Source of the DNA: Mytilus californianus
Lineage: Eukaryota
Length of the DNA: 64,000 bases
Assembly (NCBI RefSeq): GCF_021869535.1
Contig: NW_026262582.1
Span: 63,178,001 to 63,242,000, forward strand
Direction: 5' to 3'
A program made the translations under genes and the position numbers. Each line of letters starts with the position of its first letter. The stretch's first letter is position 1. Below the pieces are notes generated by a model. The model saw only the letters and a program-made list of their open reading frames with translations, had not been told where the DNA came from and made no database searches. Shown piece after piece: positions 50,806 to 63,897 of the stretch.

Positions 50806-52339
50806 AGCATTTGTAGGGACAAATCAAGCGCATTTAAAAAAAAATGCTTTAGTTTAAGTGATTATGATGGTGGTTTAAAAATAGTCTCTATATCTATGAA
50901 TCTATGAAAAGTTATATGCACAATACATTGTTTGTTAAGGACCCCTGTTAGCTAAAACTGGTTTGCGACGTCATGAAAAAGCTATGTAATTTCAGAACTT
51001 GCCGTTAACGGAATTGGAATAAATAGTGATAAGGTATATTAAAAGTACATTAAATTAACAAAAAGCATATTAAGACATTAAAGATCCTTTTTTTAGTTGT
51101 CGCCCACAAATATTCGAAACGTTGAGAAGAATGAAAATGTAAATTACAAAAAAACAAAATCAAAACCATAAAACAAAACAAAAGATCCTTCGTTTATTCA
51201 TCGCCCACAAAAGTTCTTTGAAACGTTATTCTTTGTGTTGGCAGCATCGTTATCATCATTATAACTTGTTTGTAATTGAAACGTTTTAATTATTTCGAAT
51301 TTCTCAGACATAAATTTGATATTTATATATGTTTGATATATATATTTTGAGAAGAATCGTGATTTTCCAAGAAGAAATGTTCAGAAAATATATTTTGTAA
51401 TATATGATCCTATATATTAAGTCGTGGACGATTCTGGTTTTTATCCAGTTCTTTTAAAAAATAAGGTGACTTTCGGGAAGAAAAATTCTGTATTCGTTCA
51501 GTTTTTGCACGTTTAGAAGAATAATGGAACTTCTTATGAAATTATGAGTACTTTTTCACACTTTAATTCTTTCAAATGAATGTATGTATATCACTCGGTA
51601 CACCACATTGATTCAAATTGAAATTTTCAAACCACCTAATTTTCTAGCAGGATTTTGAATGGAATGATATTCTTTTATATACATTATAAACATAATTTTC
51701 AATAAAAAAAATAACCTTATATATGTCCAACATATGAAAAAAAACCATAATTAACACGAAATTCGTGTGAAAAATACTTGTACATTATATTTCATGACGC
51801 GCATTTCTCTACATGTCTCTGAAGAATAAATCCGATATTAAAGTTTGATCGGAATTGTAATTTTGATTATCTACTTGTGAAAATCATTAAGCATCTGTCA
51901 AAGAATTTTAATATAGTTGAATTATCGGCTTAGCTAAATGCATTTCATCAAAACGCCTTTGCATTTGTTTTGTAAATGATATATTTGTCACATATATTTT
52001 GGTGAAAGCCTTGTTTTAGTTTATTGCTGAGATGGTATTACAACAGCAGTCAATCAGATAGATGTGCTAAAACGGGGGCAGATGACGGCTTCCTATTTAA
52101 ATTCAATCGGGGAGCCATATCAGCGCTCAAGTGCAAAATTCATATGTTTGTTTGATTGGAAAATAAATAATAATTTATAATTATTTTATGCCTTAAATGT
52201 AACTGTTTAAAGCCGTGCAATGAGAAAAACGAATTATAATAATTCATGTTTATCTTAAATTTTTAAAAATGACGTCAAATATAGTGACCCAATTGTTTAA
52301 AACAATATATAAGAATCTTCCTTGAAAACTAAAGAATGG

Positions 52340-52632
52340 AAATGTGGTTATCCCTGGACCTCTCAAGTCCTGCAGCTAAACTCTTGCTTAAGTGGGTTTG
52401 GATGTGCAGAGTGTGTATAAATGTGCAGCAACTTCCGGTTAGAAAGGGGACGTTAAATCTATTGCTTCATGTTCTAAAGCACGTTTAAAAAACCTTGCAA
52501 CAAATCTCTGAAAGATCCGCAATTACTAGATATTATGTTGCAACTCAAATGTTTGCGTCTATCCAGCATACTCGCATTTTCTAGTGGCTTCCCAAATCCC
52601 CATTCTTCGTCCTGAATATGCATGAAATATTT
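52340..52632 (+). mobile_element. Degenerate SINE, second family
   Basis: Ends in CGTCCTGAATATGCATGAAATATTTGCGACTTGACGT, the reverse complement of the tails at 11.2 and 53.4 kb. Confidence 0.5.
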
Positions 52633-52727
52633 GCGACTTGACGTCATGCAATCCTTTTTTTTAATTCATAGAAAACCAGTAGTGGTCATATGTATTTAGG
52701 GAGAATTATTGGACCAGTTTACACTTA

Positions 52728-52945
52728 GGGAGCTGCCATTTGATTTTTGTCCTGCATTTTTTCTTTAGTTGTAATCTCTGTCCTGCCTTTTTTTTATTAA
52801 TTTATCCTGACTTTTTTTTACATAAATTGTCATCCTGCCTTTTTTTTTGCCAAGTTGCTCATCCTGCCCTTTTTTATTTACTCAAAACTCCTGTCCTGCC
52901 TTTTTTCAAATTTCATTCCCCCATAAAAATCAAATGGTAGCTCCC
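52728..52945. mobile_element. Tourist-like MITE (GGGAGCTACCATTTGATTTT TIR)
   Basis: TIRs at both ends, TTA TSD at 52725-27 and 52946-48, internal (T)CCTGCCTTTTTT repeats. Confidence 0.85.
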
Positions 52946-53377
52946 TTATCCCTTCCATGATCCCACTCCTTCGAAAAAGGATAACGAAACAAATCATAAC
53001 AAACATATATCAATTTTAAAATGTAAAAAAAAAAACTGAAAAAAAACAAAGGAATGTTCATATCGACCCATGTAATATTCTTATTTTTTTTTAAACGAGC
53101 AGTTGTTTTGTAGAACTGATAAAAAGATCCATTAGATGATTCCAAAATGTGCCGGATATGTAATTTGGTCTATTTATGAAGATATGAATTGTATCAAAAT
53201 GAAATGAATTCTACTGTACATTTGTCCCATAAAAATCCATATGTGTCCCTTTAGAAACCACGTTTGTCCCGTTATTATCCACATCTGTCCCGTTTGAATC
53301 CAAATAATTGTCTGATTTACTCTTATATGGTACCATTTACAACCAATAACTAGTTTTTGGGATTTTATATCATTCTT

Positions 53378-53565
53378 TGATTGATAGCTACATAACGTCC
53401 AGTGGCAAATGTTTCAAGCATTTTCAGGATGAAAACATATTGATGAGAAATGAAAGTTGGTACTTTATACTAGACATACTCTTTGGTGAAGAAACCGAGA
53501 TACTTTGGTTTGACCTAGCCGCTAATCGAACCAACGACTTCTCGAACTCGAAGCTCACGAGATTC
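53378..53565 (-). mobile_element. Deleted SINE, second family
   Basis: Tail AACGTCCAGTGGCAAATGTTTCAAGCATTTTCAGGA; head (reverse complement) GAGCTTCGAGTTCGAGAAGTCGTTGGTTCGATTAGCGGCTAGGTCAAACCAAAG. Confidence 0.5.
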
Positions 53566-53668
53566 CATAAGAAACTTTATAAAGCGATCGGACAAAAGTT
53601 TGACATAAAATAGTATGTTTGTATTCGGAATCTTTCTTTTTATTAATTAATGATTTGTTAAATAGAAT

Positions 53669-53745
53669 ATAAAATGGAAACGGGGAATGTGTCAAAGAGA
53701 CAACAACTCCACCAAAGAGCCGAAAAACATCCCAAGGCCACCAAG
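53669..53745 (+). mobile_element. Family A, 5' fragment
   Basis: GGGGAATGTGTCAAAGAGACAACAAC. Confidence 0.6.
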
Positions 53746-53955
53746 TTTTCTTAACGTTAAATTATTACTTTTGTATTCGTACATTGCAGAACTCTCATAG
53801 GTGTGAGATATACAAATGAAAATGTTATATTTCTGCAGCCGCAGTTAATCTCATTTGAGTCCTCATCATATGCCGACTCTATTTAAACTCAGATGAACAA
53901 TATTGTCAATTGTCAATCGTTTATTCATTGAATCACCGAACAAGAAGATGAGAAC

Positions 53956-54275
53956 GAGGGTCTACATGGGGTTTAGAGAATAGAGAATATTAGCAAAACT
54001 AAATAATAAATATAGAAAAATGAAAAAAAAATAAAATATAGAGAATGATGGGGTGCAAAAGCATAAAGAATATTTGGAGATAAAAACAGAATTTAGTAAT
54101 AAAATACTGATCACATAAATGAATGATGTACAGAATAAAGAAATCATTTAATTTCAGAAAATGTCAATAGCAAATATTGAAAAATTTACAGAATAAGCGT
54201 TATATTTAAAGATTAAAAAAAATGCTGTTAAAATTGAAGAATACAAAAATTTAAGGACCCCCCATCCAGACCTTC
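53956..54275. mobile_element. MITE family E (opposite internal orientation)
   Basis: GAGGGTCTACATGGGG..CCCCATCCAGACCTTC. Confidence 0.75.
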
Positions 54276-55249
54276 ATGGATGTCTCCTACTAATGTCGAT
54301 CACAATTACTTAATCAAAAGGGTTGAAGGACATATGAAAATTTTTCGATGTAGTAATTACGTATTCAGCCTGAAATGACAAGTCTGTAACAAGCTGAAGT
54401 GCAATTATTTTTCTTGATTATTGTTTAGTCGATTAACTTTTTTCAAACCGCTATTTTACTGTCATACACAGTAAAACCTATACTTGAAGGGAGGGTTTTG
54501 GTAAGTCAAGTCATTAGTCTGCCTATAATTTAAAGATAGTTGTTATGTATGAGCAAGGTCAGGAATGGTGGTCTGTGATAACATATAGTTCAATGCTCCA
54601 GGCCAAAAGACAAACAGCACTCCACAAAACAATGCGTAGGAAATGAAAATTCTAGTGACACGAACCCTGTCAAAACAGGAAGTGACCTTAAGTGCTCTGG
54701 AAGGCTTAAAGACTGGCTTCACTAGAGGCACCAGCTATTCAATTCTGCAATAAGTCGCAATTCTAAATAAGTCATAAGCAAAGAATGGTGGTCCGTATTG
54801 TGGTAACACGTTTTCATTGTGTTGAATTAATTGATAGCTCATCGCTTTATACTCAGCAATTTTAACCGTTTTTTGTAACAAAAACAGACAGATCGTCATC
54901 TATAGGCATCGGAAACTCGTTAACCTTGGGAATCAGGGGTGAAAAGTTTAAACACGTACGAATTAATTTCAATGGTATTCTTAAACACAGTGTAGGTTGC
55001 AATTATAGTTAGAAGAAAATAAATGCCATTGATAAAAAATCGACAAAAGAGCAATCTGGAAAAGAACCATGCCATTCCGGAAAGGATACAAACACTTTCT
55101 ACTGAACAAAGTCTCGCCATGAAAATGCATAAAATATTCGTCACTGACATAAAAAAAAATGCGATATTCTGTACATCTTTTGAAAAAAAATCTTACGAAG
55201 AATTTTCTGTAGAGTTTCTGCTAAAAAAGTTATTTCTGTCACTATTCAA

Positions 55250-55410
55250 CAAAGTATGTATTTTCGGTAGTTTCCAATTAAAGACTAGACTGTCTTAAAC
55301 TCTTTTTTTGAATAAACTAAATATATTGAACAACGTATGTACTTTCGGTAGTTTCTAATTAAATACTTATCTAGCCTGTCTTAATCTCTTTTTTTAAATA
55401 AACTAGAAAA
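55250..55410. repeat. About 81-bp direct duplication (similar short duplications at 48997-49222, 51080-51230 and 63590/63950)
   Basis: GTATGTA(T/C)TTTCGGTAGTTTC(C/T)AATTAAA occurs twice. Confidence 0.7.
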
Positions 55411-56267
55411 TTGTTATGTGGGCATGAACATGATACGCAAAAACAATGTTGGCGTTATCGTGTTGGATACATCATACAAGACAGTTGTATTAGCTGTTTA
55501 ACAAAATTATTCAAACGAAATCGCACGTGTCACCCACTTCTTGATCCAAAGAATTATCAATCAATCTTTTTTTCAATTATTTATCTATTTCAAATAAACC
55601 AAGGGACATTTTCAATTCCCACCTTGAAAAACTGATAATAGCAATAATCAATAATTAAATACTATAAAAGGAAGGTCTTAGTGGTTTTGGTGCTTTCTGT
55701 GACGTCCGCGCCGAACAAATTGGAGGGAAGATGGATATTTTTTCTGATTTACTAGTAATAGAACTAATCATCTATCGAAATTGAATTACTCTAGAGATGT
55801 TTCTGTAATGTTATAGTTAAAGAATGTCATCTGTTAGTTGTCATATGATATGTATTTTTAATGAATATTAACGAGTAATTTCACATTTTTACCCTTAAGT
55901 GAAAAATCACTCAGAAGTCTTTTTTTATATTTAACAAGAACAAACAAACAGACGCAAAGACAAAAGAAAAAAGGAAAAAAGGAAAACAAGTGACTGACCA
56001 AGAAACTTCAGTATTATTATTACAATTATAACTTATTTGTGTAGAAATGTTGCACTCATATGGAAATTGATTCGTTGTTGGCGGCTGTTATCAATGCGTA
56101 ATTTGTGAAGTAGACTTTAAAAAGAGTATTATCATAATGATAATATCTGCATTTACCAAAAAACAAAACAACTCAGAATAAAATTATATGCTTAAGTGAG
56201 ATCGACAACTTCATCACACAAGGGTACATTCCTATTTTGAAAGCGTATTCACAGAGCACAACTTTTA

Positions 56268-56555
56268 GTAGTCAGTACTTCGGTACTGACATGATTTATA
56301 AAAATAGTACTAAAATTGTCCGTTTATAAATTCTGAAGTTATAAAGAAACTGAGGTTTCAACTCCCTCAGTCAAAGTTGACTTTAGATGGATTTGGCTAT
56401 TTTTTAGGTAATTTTGGTCATATAGCTTTTCAACTGTTTTGGTTCTTATACATCATTGGCTTTCAAATATTCGGCTTTGAGTGTTCCTGAGGAAGGTAAA
56501 TACAGAAAAGCGCTTCGGACGCATTAAAGTTATAACGTGTTGTTTTTCATTTTTT
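56268..56555 (+). mobile_element. Solitary retrozyme-like monomer with hammerhead-like motif at 56481-56522
   Basis: GTGTTC-CTGAGGA-AGGTAAATACA-GAA-AAGCGCTT-C-GGACGC: helix I pairs (6 bp, two G.U), helix III is palindromic, helix II is weak and non-canonical. Related copies at 28.3 and 29.4 kb. Confidence 0.65.
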
Positions 56556-57217
56556 TCGTTCCTCTATGAAATGAGTCTTTAGTGTTTAACTCATCACAAC
56601 ACGTAGACACTCGTCGTAGAGGACATTGGTACACGAAGGCAAACTATATAGATGACACTCCAACATGAAGATATACATGCACTTTATAAAGCACACCTTA
56701 TCACGAACGCACATTTTACGCAGAGTCAGTATAAACACGAAACACGAAAGCAGACTATAGAGTTGTCTCATTGGCACTCATACCACATCTTCTTATTCAT
56801 ATATATATGTATCACGATAAAAAGCATTTTAAACTTCCTGACGACAATATATATAATTAAAACACAATTACTTGGAGATGGTCAATCATTCATTCAATCT
56901 TCCAACTTCTGGAGCATAGTCGTTGAGTCTCCAAACTTTCACAAAGTCCAAGTTTATGAGCTTCGGTCCTTGCTTGGAAGTTGTCAATATATATGCCAAA
57001 AATAAACGCTATGTAAGATTTGAATGTTTCCTTCCAAAAATCCTCTATAAAGACTCACCACAAGTAAAAGGTTTTGATTTGGTACGCAAGACACGTTTTT
57101 CTTAATACCTCAGCCGCGCTCGAAACAAAACATTTGGAAGGCAAAATTAAAAACAAAGTTGAAGATGATTGAAAAAAAAAATCCACAATGTAGTTCCAAA
57201 TCTTGCTGAATATAAAA

Positions 57218-57322
57218 ATATGAAGATGCGGTATGCTTGCAAATGAGACAGCTCCCCACCAGTGACCAAATGACATATAGGTCATTGAGCAATGAGGAAA
57301 ACCAATACCGCAAAGTCAGCTA
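57218..57322 (+). mobile_element. Family B fragment (other fragments at 40120-40215 + and 56752-56795 -)
   Basis: GAAGATGCGGTATGCTTGCAAATGAGACAGC. Confidence 0.6.
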
Positions 57323-57447
57323 AGCATATTTAAGAATTCTGTGGCTGGAGATAGAAAAACCCATTTGCTTCAAATAATTCAACATTTTATAAACAGCAAA
57401 TTTACACAATATTGCCGTACCAATAATATTTCATGTAAACACAGGTT

Positions 57448-57607
57448 GACTACTTTTTGATGAATGTACATTTTTATCCCATGCATCACGTTTTGTTGTT
57501 CGACTACTTTGTGATGAATGTACATTTTTATCCCATGCATCACGTTTTGTTGTTCGACTACTTTGTGATGAATGTACATTTCTATTCCATGCATCACGTT
57601 TTGTTGT
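57448..57607. repeat. 54-bp tandem repeat x3
   Basis: GACTACTTT at 57448, 57502 and 57556. Confidence 0.9.
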
Positions 57608-58354
57608 GCATTGTTTTTTATCTTTTGTTTTTCTAAAAGAAAAAGGAAAAAAAAAAACAAATTGAAGTTAATAAGAATTTAACGCCAAAAACGCCCTCTG
57701 ACAATTATTGGTGTTAGGTTTGAATTAAATTCGCCGTCATCGCTTAGTCCCATCAAATACAATTATTAATGTATCGTTTTAAGAAGCCTTAATACGAGAT
57801 GATGCTTTATCAACATTAGCTGCATGACAAACTACATTAATTAGTTCAAGCTTTGAAATATAATTTCAATGAGATGTGTTGCTGAGCGTGGGTTTTTATA
57901 TTTGTAACAGGGATTAATAGTTCACACAAAAAAACTGTCAAGGTCGTACGCGTAAATACAGTAATTGTCCATGGAATGAAAATGAATATGCAACATTATA
58001 ATAACTGCAATTTCGGGTCAAATCGATTGTTCCAATTTTCAGGATTTAAGGCGATCAAAACTAAATATTACGTGGGAGAGAAAAAGCTTAGATTATGAGT
58101 AGTGTTTGACCTATTTGAGACAATTATTTCTCGATCAGGTGGTTAAAGATTCATCCCAGCTGAGTTTCAAAGGGTATGGCTCCAGTGTTCCACTTAATGT
58201 AAGAAGTAAACGAAGATAGTCGATGAATCATCGTCGAAGACCTCCAGCAACAGATTGGTCTACAAATGTCTTTTATGTAATTTGTGGAGACGTCATCATG
58301 CATCCCCCCTCACAAAAGAGCAAAAACAAAACAAACAAAAAAACAAAACAAAAT

Positions 58355-58685
58355 TTGACATCTACGGACCAAAGAACGTGAAATAACATTTACAAGTCAA
58401 AATAAGAATGAGCTAAAGGCATAAAGACGCAAAAGGATCATATACAGATCAAAAACAAGAAAGTGACAACTGCAATCCAAGAGAGGAGAAATGACATCTA
58501 CAAGCCAAAATACGAAAGTTACATCTATAGATAAATAAAACGTGACATGATGTCTACATGCAAAAAACAAAGAAAGAAAAGAGTGACATCTACATGTCAA
58601 AAGACGTCAACATGACATCTACATGTCAAAAGACGTCAATCTGACATCTACGGACCAAAAGACGTCAAAGTGACATATACATGCC
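58355..58685. repeat. 29-bp minisatellite (clean at 58584-58685, degenerate leftward)
   Basis: TGACAT(C/A)TAC at 58584, 58613, 58642 and 58671. Confidence 0.85.
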
Positions 58686-58825
58686 CTTTATAGCTTGCTC
58701 TTCGGTTTGAGCCAATGCTCCGTGTTGAAGGCCGTACCTTGACCTATAATGGTTTACTTTTACAAATTGTGACTTGGATGGAGAGTTGTCTCATTGGCAC
58801 TCACACCACATCTTCTTATATCTAT
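58685..58825 (-). mobile_element. Family B fragment
   Basis: GGAGAGTTGTCTCATTGGCACTCACACCACATCTTCTT. Confidence 0.75.
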
Positions 58826-60494
58826 ATACAGGCCAACAGAGAAACGAAAAAGTCAGATTTACTGGTCATCTTCAACGTTTGAAGTCTTAGTCGTATAGTA
58901 TCGTATAAAAGCCATACGGAAAAAAAATTAAAAAATGAAGACTACAAAATACACAAAAATTAATATCGTAGTGCCAAAAGCGGACAAACAATAAATGAAG
59001 TGTTTTTTGTTTTACTTATGAAGAAAGCTTATATCAGTACTTTTATAAATTGTCAGGAAATTATCCAACATCGCCAAAAAAAATAAATAACTTTCCTGCC
59101 GAAGTCGTAAGTAAATCAATCAATTTATAATACTTTTATTAACAATGACGACCACTAATACATCCCTGGTTGTAAATTATGTAAATGTGACGCAACAAAT
59201 GAGATTTGCAATACAATATTGAAGGGTTATGCATTTCCGCGTCTTAATCAACAGAGAGAGAGTATGTTAACATTATAGAAGAGTGATATATTGGGCCTTA
59301 AACATGAATTATTGTATAGATTTAACGCAACACTACAAACCCTAGACAATATACGAGATTCCACGTAAAATTCAAGTGATAGACGACCGCATGCTAATTT
59401 CAGTGCTATATTTAAATTCAGTGTATAAGAATATCAATATGCAGGTGCTTCTAACACATGTCTTTACATAACATGTTGTTATATAAAAAGTAAAACAACA
59501 AAAATAGCGAGCTCCAAGGAAAATTCAATTGACAAAATCAAAAAATCAAAAAATCAAACGCATCAAACGAATAGAAAAGAACTGTCATATTCCTGACTAG
59601 GTACAGGCATTTCCTTAGGCAGAAAATGGTGGATTATAATATCACGATAACTTAAAACATATTAAGTACTTTAAACCATCAATCTTCTCTCATTCCAAGT
59701 AGAAATTATCAAGATGAGGAGCAGTAGCAAAAAAGAAAAGAAATTATTACAATTAGCTACTTAAATCTCTCGAAGGTGAGCTGAATAGTTTAATACGATT
59801 CGAACAAGACCCATTGACCTTATTAAGACATAATTCTTGCATGTTATGTTTCATGCTAATTTTGATATGGGTAGAAAATATATTGGCTTTTTTAATATCT
59901 TTAATATCTGTTTACTGAGGTTTATATTTCAGAAACATATAAGTGCATTTTGTTGCCGTGACATTTTCAATGAAGTTTACAGACCCGAGGGCGTTATGTG
60001 TTATCAAAATGTTCCCTCCTCTAAAATGCAAAATCTTGTTTGTTCGACATGTTTTCTATGGTGCCTGATTTCCAAGCCAATTGGACGTAAAGTATCAGAG
60101 GAGTAGTGATTACATTATATTAACCATATAAAAAAATATTTGAAAAAAAAACAAGTGTGAAAGCATTTCCTCCTTTGACAAAAACAGAACAAAGATGGAT
60201 TTTATTCTATTGACTACTGATTGCGTAACGTCCAGTGACACATATTTCAAGCATACTCAGCTCACGGAGAAAGACTATGAGTTCAAATTTATAGACCTTT
60301 TTCACAAATATCTTATATGACTGTTTCTCTCTCTGGAAGTACAGACCAAAATGACATGATAATAATCCATTATATACATTGCCTTAAAAATAGAAGCAAT
60401 TCAGCGAATCCGCATTGTTTAAGCCAAATATTCGGAAATGACTCATTAACGTATTCTAACAGGAGTAACACGACGTGTGTCTGTGATGGAGCAG

Positions 60495-60655
60495 AAATTT
60501 TTCTCATTTTCTGGCCAGTTATAACTGACTATGCGGTATGGGTTTTTCTCATTGTTGTAAGCCATACGGTAACCTATAGTTGTTAACTTGTATGTTGTTT
60601 GGTCTCTGGTGGAGAGTTGTCCCATTGCCAATTATACCACATCTTCTTATTTTTA
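60495..60655 (-). mobile_element. Family B fragment
   Basis: GGAGAGTTGTCCCATTGCCAATTATACCACATCTTCTT. Confidence 0.7.
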
Positions 60656-62039
60656 TACATGAGTTCGCCCCTGGTTTAAGTAGTTCTCGTGCTGCCCAAT
60701 CTCAACGTAGTATTTTTGAAACTGTTGCCTTTTCGTCGTCTTCTATTGAGTGATGATGTTGTCTGTTTATATTCAACTTTTGGTTTTTGATTACCCGATT
60801 GGTATCTTTTCCAATCTTTAATCACAGTGTTGTTGTTGTTTTAAAGTGAAATTATGAAAAAGTTGAATGTTTATTTATAATACATGTAACAGTTAGCTGT
60901 TTTATATTCAAGCTGTTTCTGGATACCATTGACTAGACCACCTTCGGTGTAATACAAACACACTTGGCAACAAACCCAAAATAAACAAATAATGATAATC
61001 AGTCTTTACAAATCACTATGTCAGTTTGGGTTGCTTATTCAATTTTATCAATATAACGGAACTATAAACAACTGTTATACAAGTTGAAGGTTTAGATAGC
61101 TGTAAAATCAGGTTTAAACTATCATTTTCTTCGGGAAAAAATTCCTGCACCAAGTCAGGAATTATGAATATGACAGTTTGTTTCGTTGGTTGATATTTTT
61201 TTTTAAAAGAAGATGAATATAAACAATAAACTTTCCTTTTAAAAGCAATCTTATAAATATCTGAAAAATTTTAACAAAAAGAAATAAGTTAAATTAGTAA
61301 ACGCTTGAGCAAAAATTATAGAATTTAGGTTTCTGTTAAACTTGCCAAGATTCAGGGAGATTAGAACTTGACATATGGTATATACAATGGGGAATATGTA
61401 ATTATATACTGTATGTTGAGTTGGAAAATACAAGTTTCGTATTTTTGGGGTAGAACATTTATTGAAATTTAATGTAAAATTTTATTTTACAAGTACGTAA
61501 TCTAATATAACATTGCAAACTCATTCGATATAAACGGTGTAAATCGTAGTACGTGTATGTGCTTCTTATAAAAATTGTAGTTTTTAACTGCTTGTTATTT
61601 TGTCCTACTGTTACACCGATGTCCTAGGTTAGATAAAGGGTTGACCACTTATAAACATGTTTAACCCCATCGCATTCTTAAGACACGAATACCATATTTT
61701 CTATTGTTAATCGCGGACTATTCGCTCGTCTCATTCAAAATGGAATTTTGATATCCCAACTTTACAAGCTTTCTGCCTTCGCGTTCAAATTTTGCAAGAC
61801 CAAGTACTGATACGATTTAGTAGAATATTTATCGTTGCAATTAATGATTAATATTTTTTTCAAACCGAATTTTATCCAGACAGTTTTAAATGACTTTTCA
61901 CCTGAAACCGTACACTGTATATATAAAGCAGATTATTCGATAATTAGATTTAAAAATATATATATAAGGTCAGTGTGCATGTATGCTTTAGACCAAGTCA
62001 AACCAGTATAGGATCAACTTTGCTTGAAGAAGGTGTAAA

Positions 62040-62335
62040 TATAAGAATAAGAAGATGTGGTATGATTGCCAATGAAACAGCTTTCTACCAGAGACCAAAT
62101 GACATAGAAGTTAACGACTATAGGTCACCGTATGGCCTTCAACAATGAACAAAAAACCATACCGCATAGTGAGCTATAAAAATCTCCGAAATGACAAATG
62201 TAAAACAATTCAACAACAAAAAACGAACGGCATGATTTATGTACAAAACAATGAACGAAAAACAAATATGAGATACAGCAACACACGACAATCACTGAAT
62301 TACAGGCTCCTGACTTGGAATAGGCACACACAGAA
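62040..62335 (+). mobile_element. Family B
   Basis: Head through CAGGCTCCTGACTTGGAATAGGC. Confidence 0.8.
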
Positions 62336-62494
62336 TGTAACCTTATATCTAATTCAATTACACAATCAAAGCTCTAGTTGCATCAAAAGATATGCAAAGG
62401 AACTCGTACCTTACAGTAAAAACAAGTCATTGTCGGTAAAGTTGATTTAACATACTGTAGCTACACAACGCAAAATTATCATAATCATAATTCC

Positions 62495-62660
62495 TTCAGA
62501 AACCTTCCGGAATTTTGGGTCCTCGATGTTCTTCAACTTCGTACTCTATTTTGCCTTTTTAACTCTTTTAATTCGATCGTCACTGATGAGTCTTTTGTAG
62601 ACGAAACACGCAACTGAAGTACAAAGTTTTAAGCCTGGTATACATGTTGAGTTTATTCAC
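62495..62660 (+). mobile_element. Solitary element of a third hammerhead family; core at 62578-62619, helix III decayed
   Basis: CGTCA-CTGATGA-GTCT(TTTGT)AGAC-GAAA-CACGCAAC-TGAAG: perfect core and helix II, but helix III and U16.1 are not intact. Confidence 0.7.
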
Positions 62661-63732
62661 CAGAAATGATCACTAGACATTTTATTACCAATTTATAAAC
62701 ACACCTCCTTACACAAGAGACTTCAACCTAATACGATACTTTAAAAGTTAAAAAAAACATTTATATCAATATAAGTTAAAAGATTCCTACCTTTAGAAGG
62801 CATCACCAATAAGTTCCATCAGCTCAATTGAATATAAATCCAATATATTTAATTTGATTGTTATGTGTCTCTGCTTCTGTATTTAACTGTTGAATATTAT
62901 ATAGCTCATGTTCCTTCAAAATCATTTGTTAAACAAAGCATTGATTGAGAAATAGCCCAACCACTCTAATAGCTCAGAGGAAACTTTCAAAGACAGAGAT
63001 ATTTTCCGTCGATTAAGCCAGAAAAGGCGATAATGAACAAATACATGTAAGAAGAACGTCTTAATTGTTCAATTAATTTCCTTGGAATTTTAGACATTTT
63101 TATGCTTGATGTTTTTTCTAATTTCAAATTGATGACAATTTTAAGTCAAATTTAATCTTCATTTATTATGAATGATTAAGACAATATAATCATTACTTAT
63201 AGTATTTGAATTCAAAATATCAAAAGTATTCACTTGCGTTAATTTTATTAATATGGTGTTAAAACAATTGTGACAAACATTAAAGGTAATTTATCTAACA
63301 AATTCGATAGCCATTCACAAAACTAATTACTAAGACTGTTATATTCTCCGAATGAACCAATATTTTGAAGTTGATTATAGATGGTATACATTGAATATGT
63401 ATCGCAAGAGGCTCACTTAATTTTTTCTAACTAAATTTATCAATGAGAAACTCGTGACCTTCATTTATTTTACCTGTAAATCTTTGTTGGAATCTAGCAT
63501 CATCAAATTACTTTCCAATTAAACTCAATGCTACTTAAAACTAAAAGCGAACCAAATACTTTATCGCCACAAAATAATGTTTGTGTCATTAGAATTAAAA
63601 AAAATCACAATCATTATAACATAAATGCGTGAGTCTTATATACAAGCAACTCTTTTAAAGACCACTGTCTTAATAAAATTAACATCAAATTAAAGGGATC
63701 CGGCATTAGGAATGCTTGAAAAGAAAATCTTT

Positions 63733-63897
63733 AAGGGTCTGGATGTGGTTATTCGATTCTGTATTCTTTAATTTATTTGACCTTTTTGTATATTCTACAT
63801 TTTGTGCCTTTACTTTTCTATCCTTTATTTTCAAACAGTTTTCCTTAAGTTGTGTTTGGCCCATAATTTTCTATTCTGTAACACCATCCGTACCCTC
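63733..63897. mobile_element. MITE family E, short
   Basis: AAGGGTCTGGATGTGG..CCATCCGTACCCTC. Confidence 0.65.

Noticed and set aside
56860-57180. Coding-looking segment (KLINLDFVKVWRLNDYAPEVG on the minus strand)
   Set aside because: It is short, bounded by stops, has no splice support, and any family resemblance is too weak to call.
57448-57607. CRISPR-like short repeats
   Set aside because: The units are head-to-tail with no spacers.
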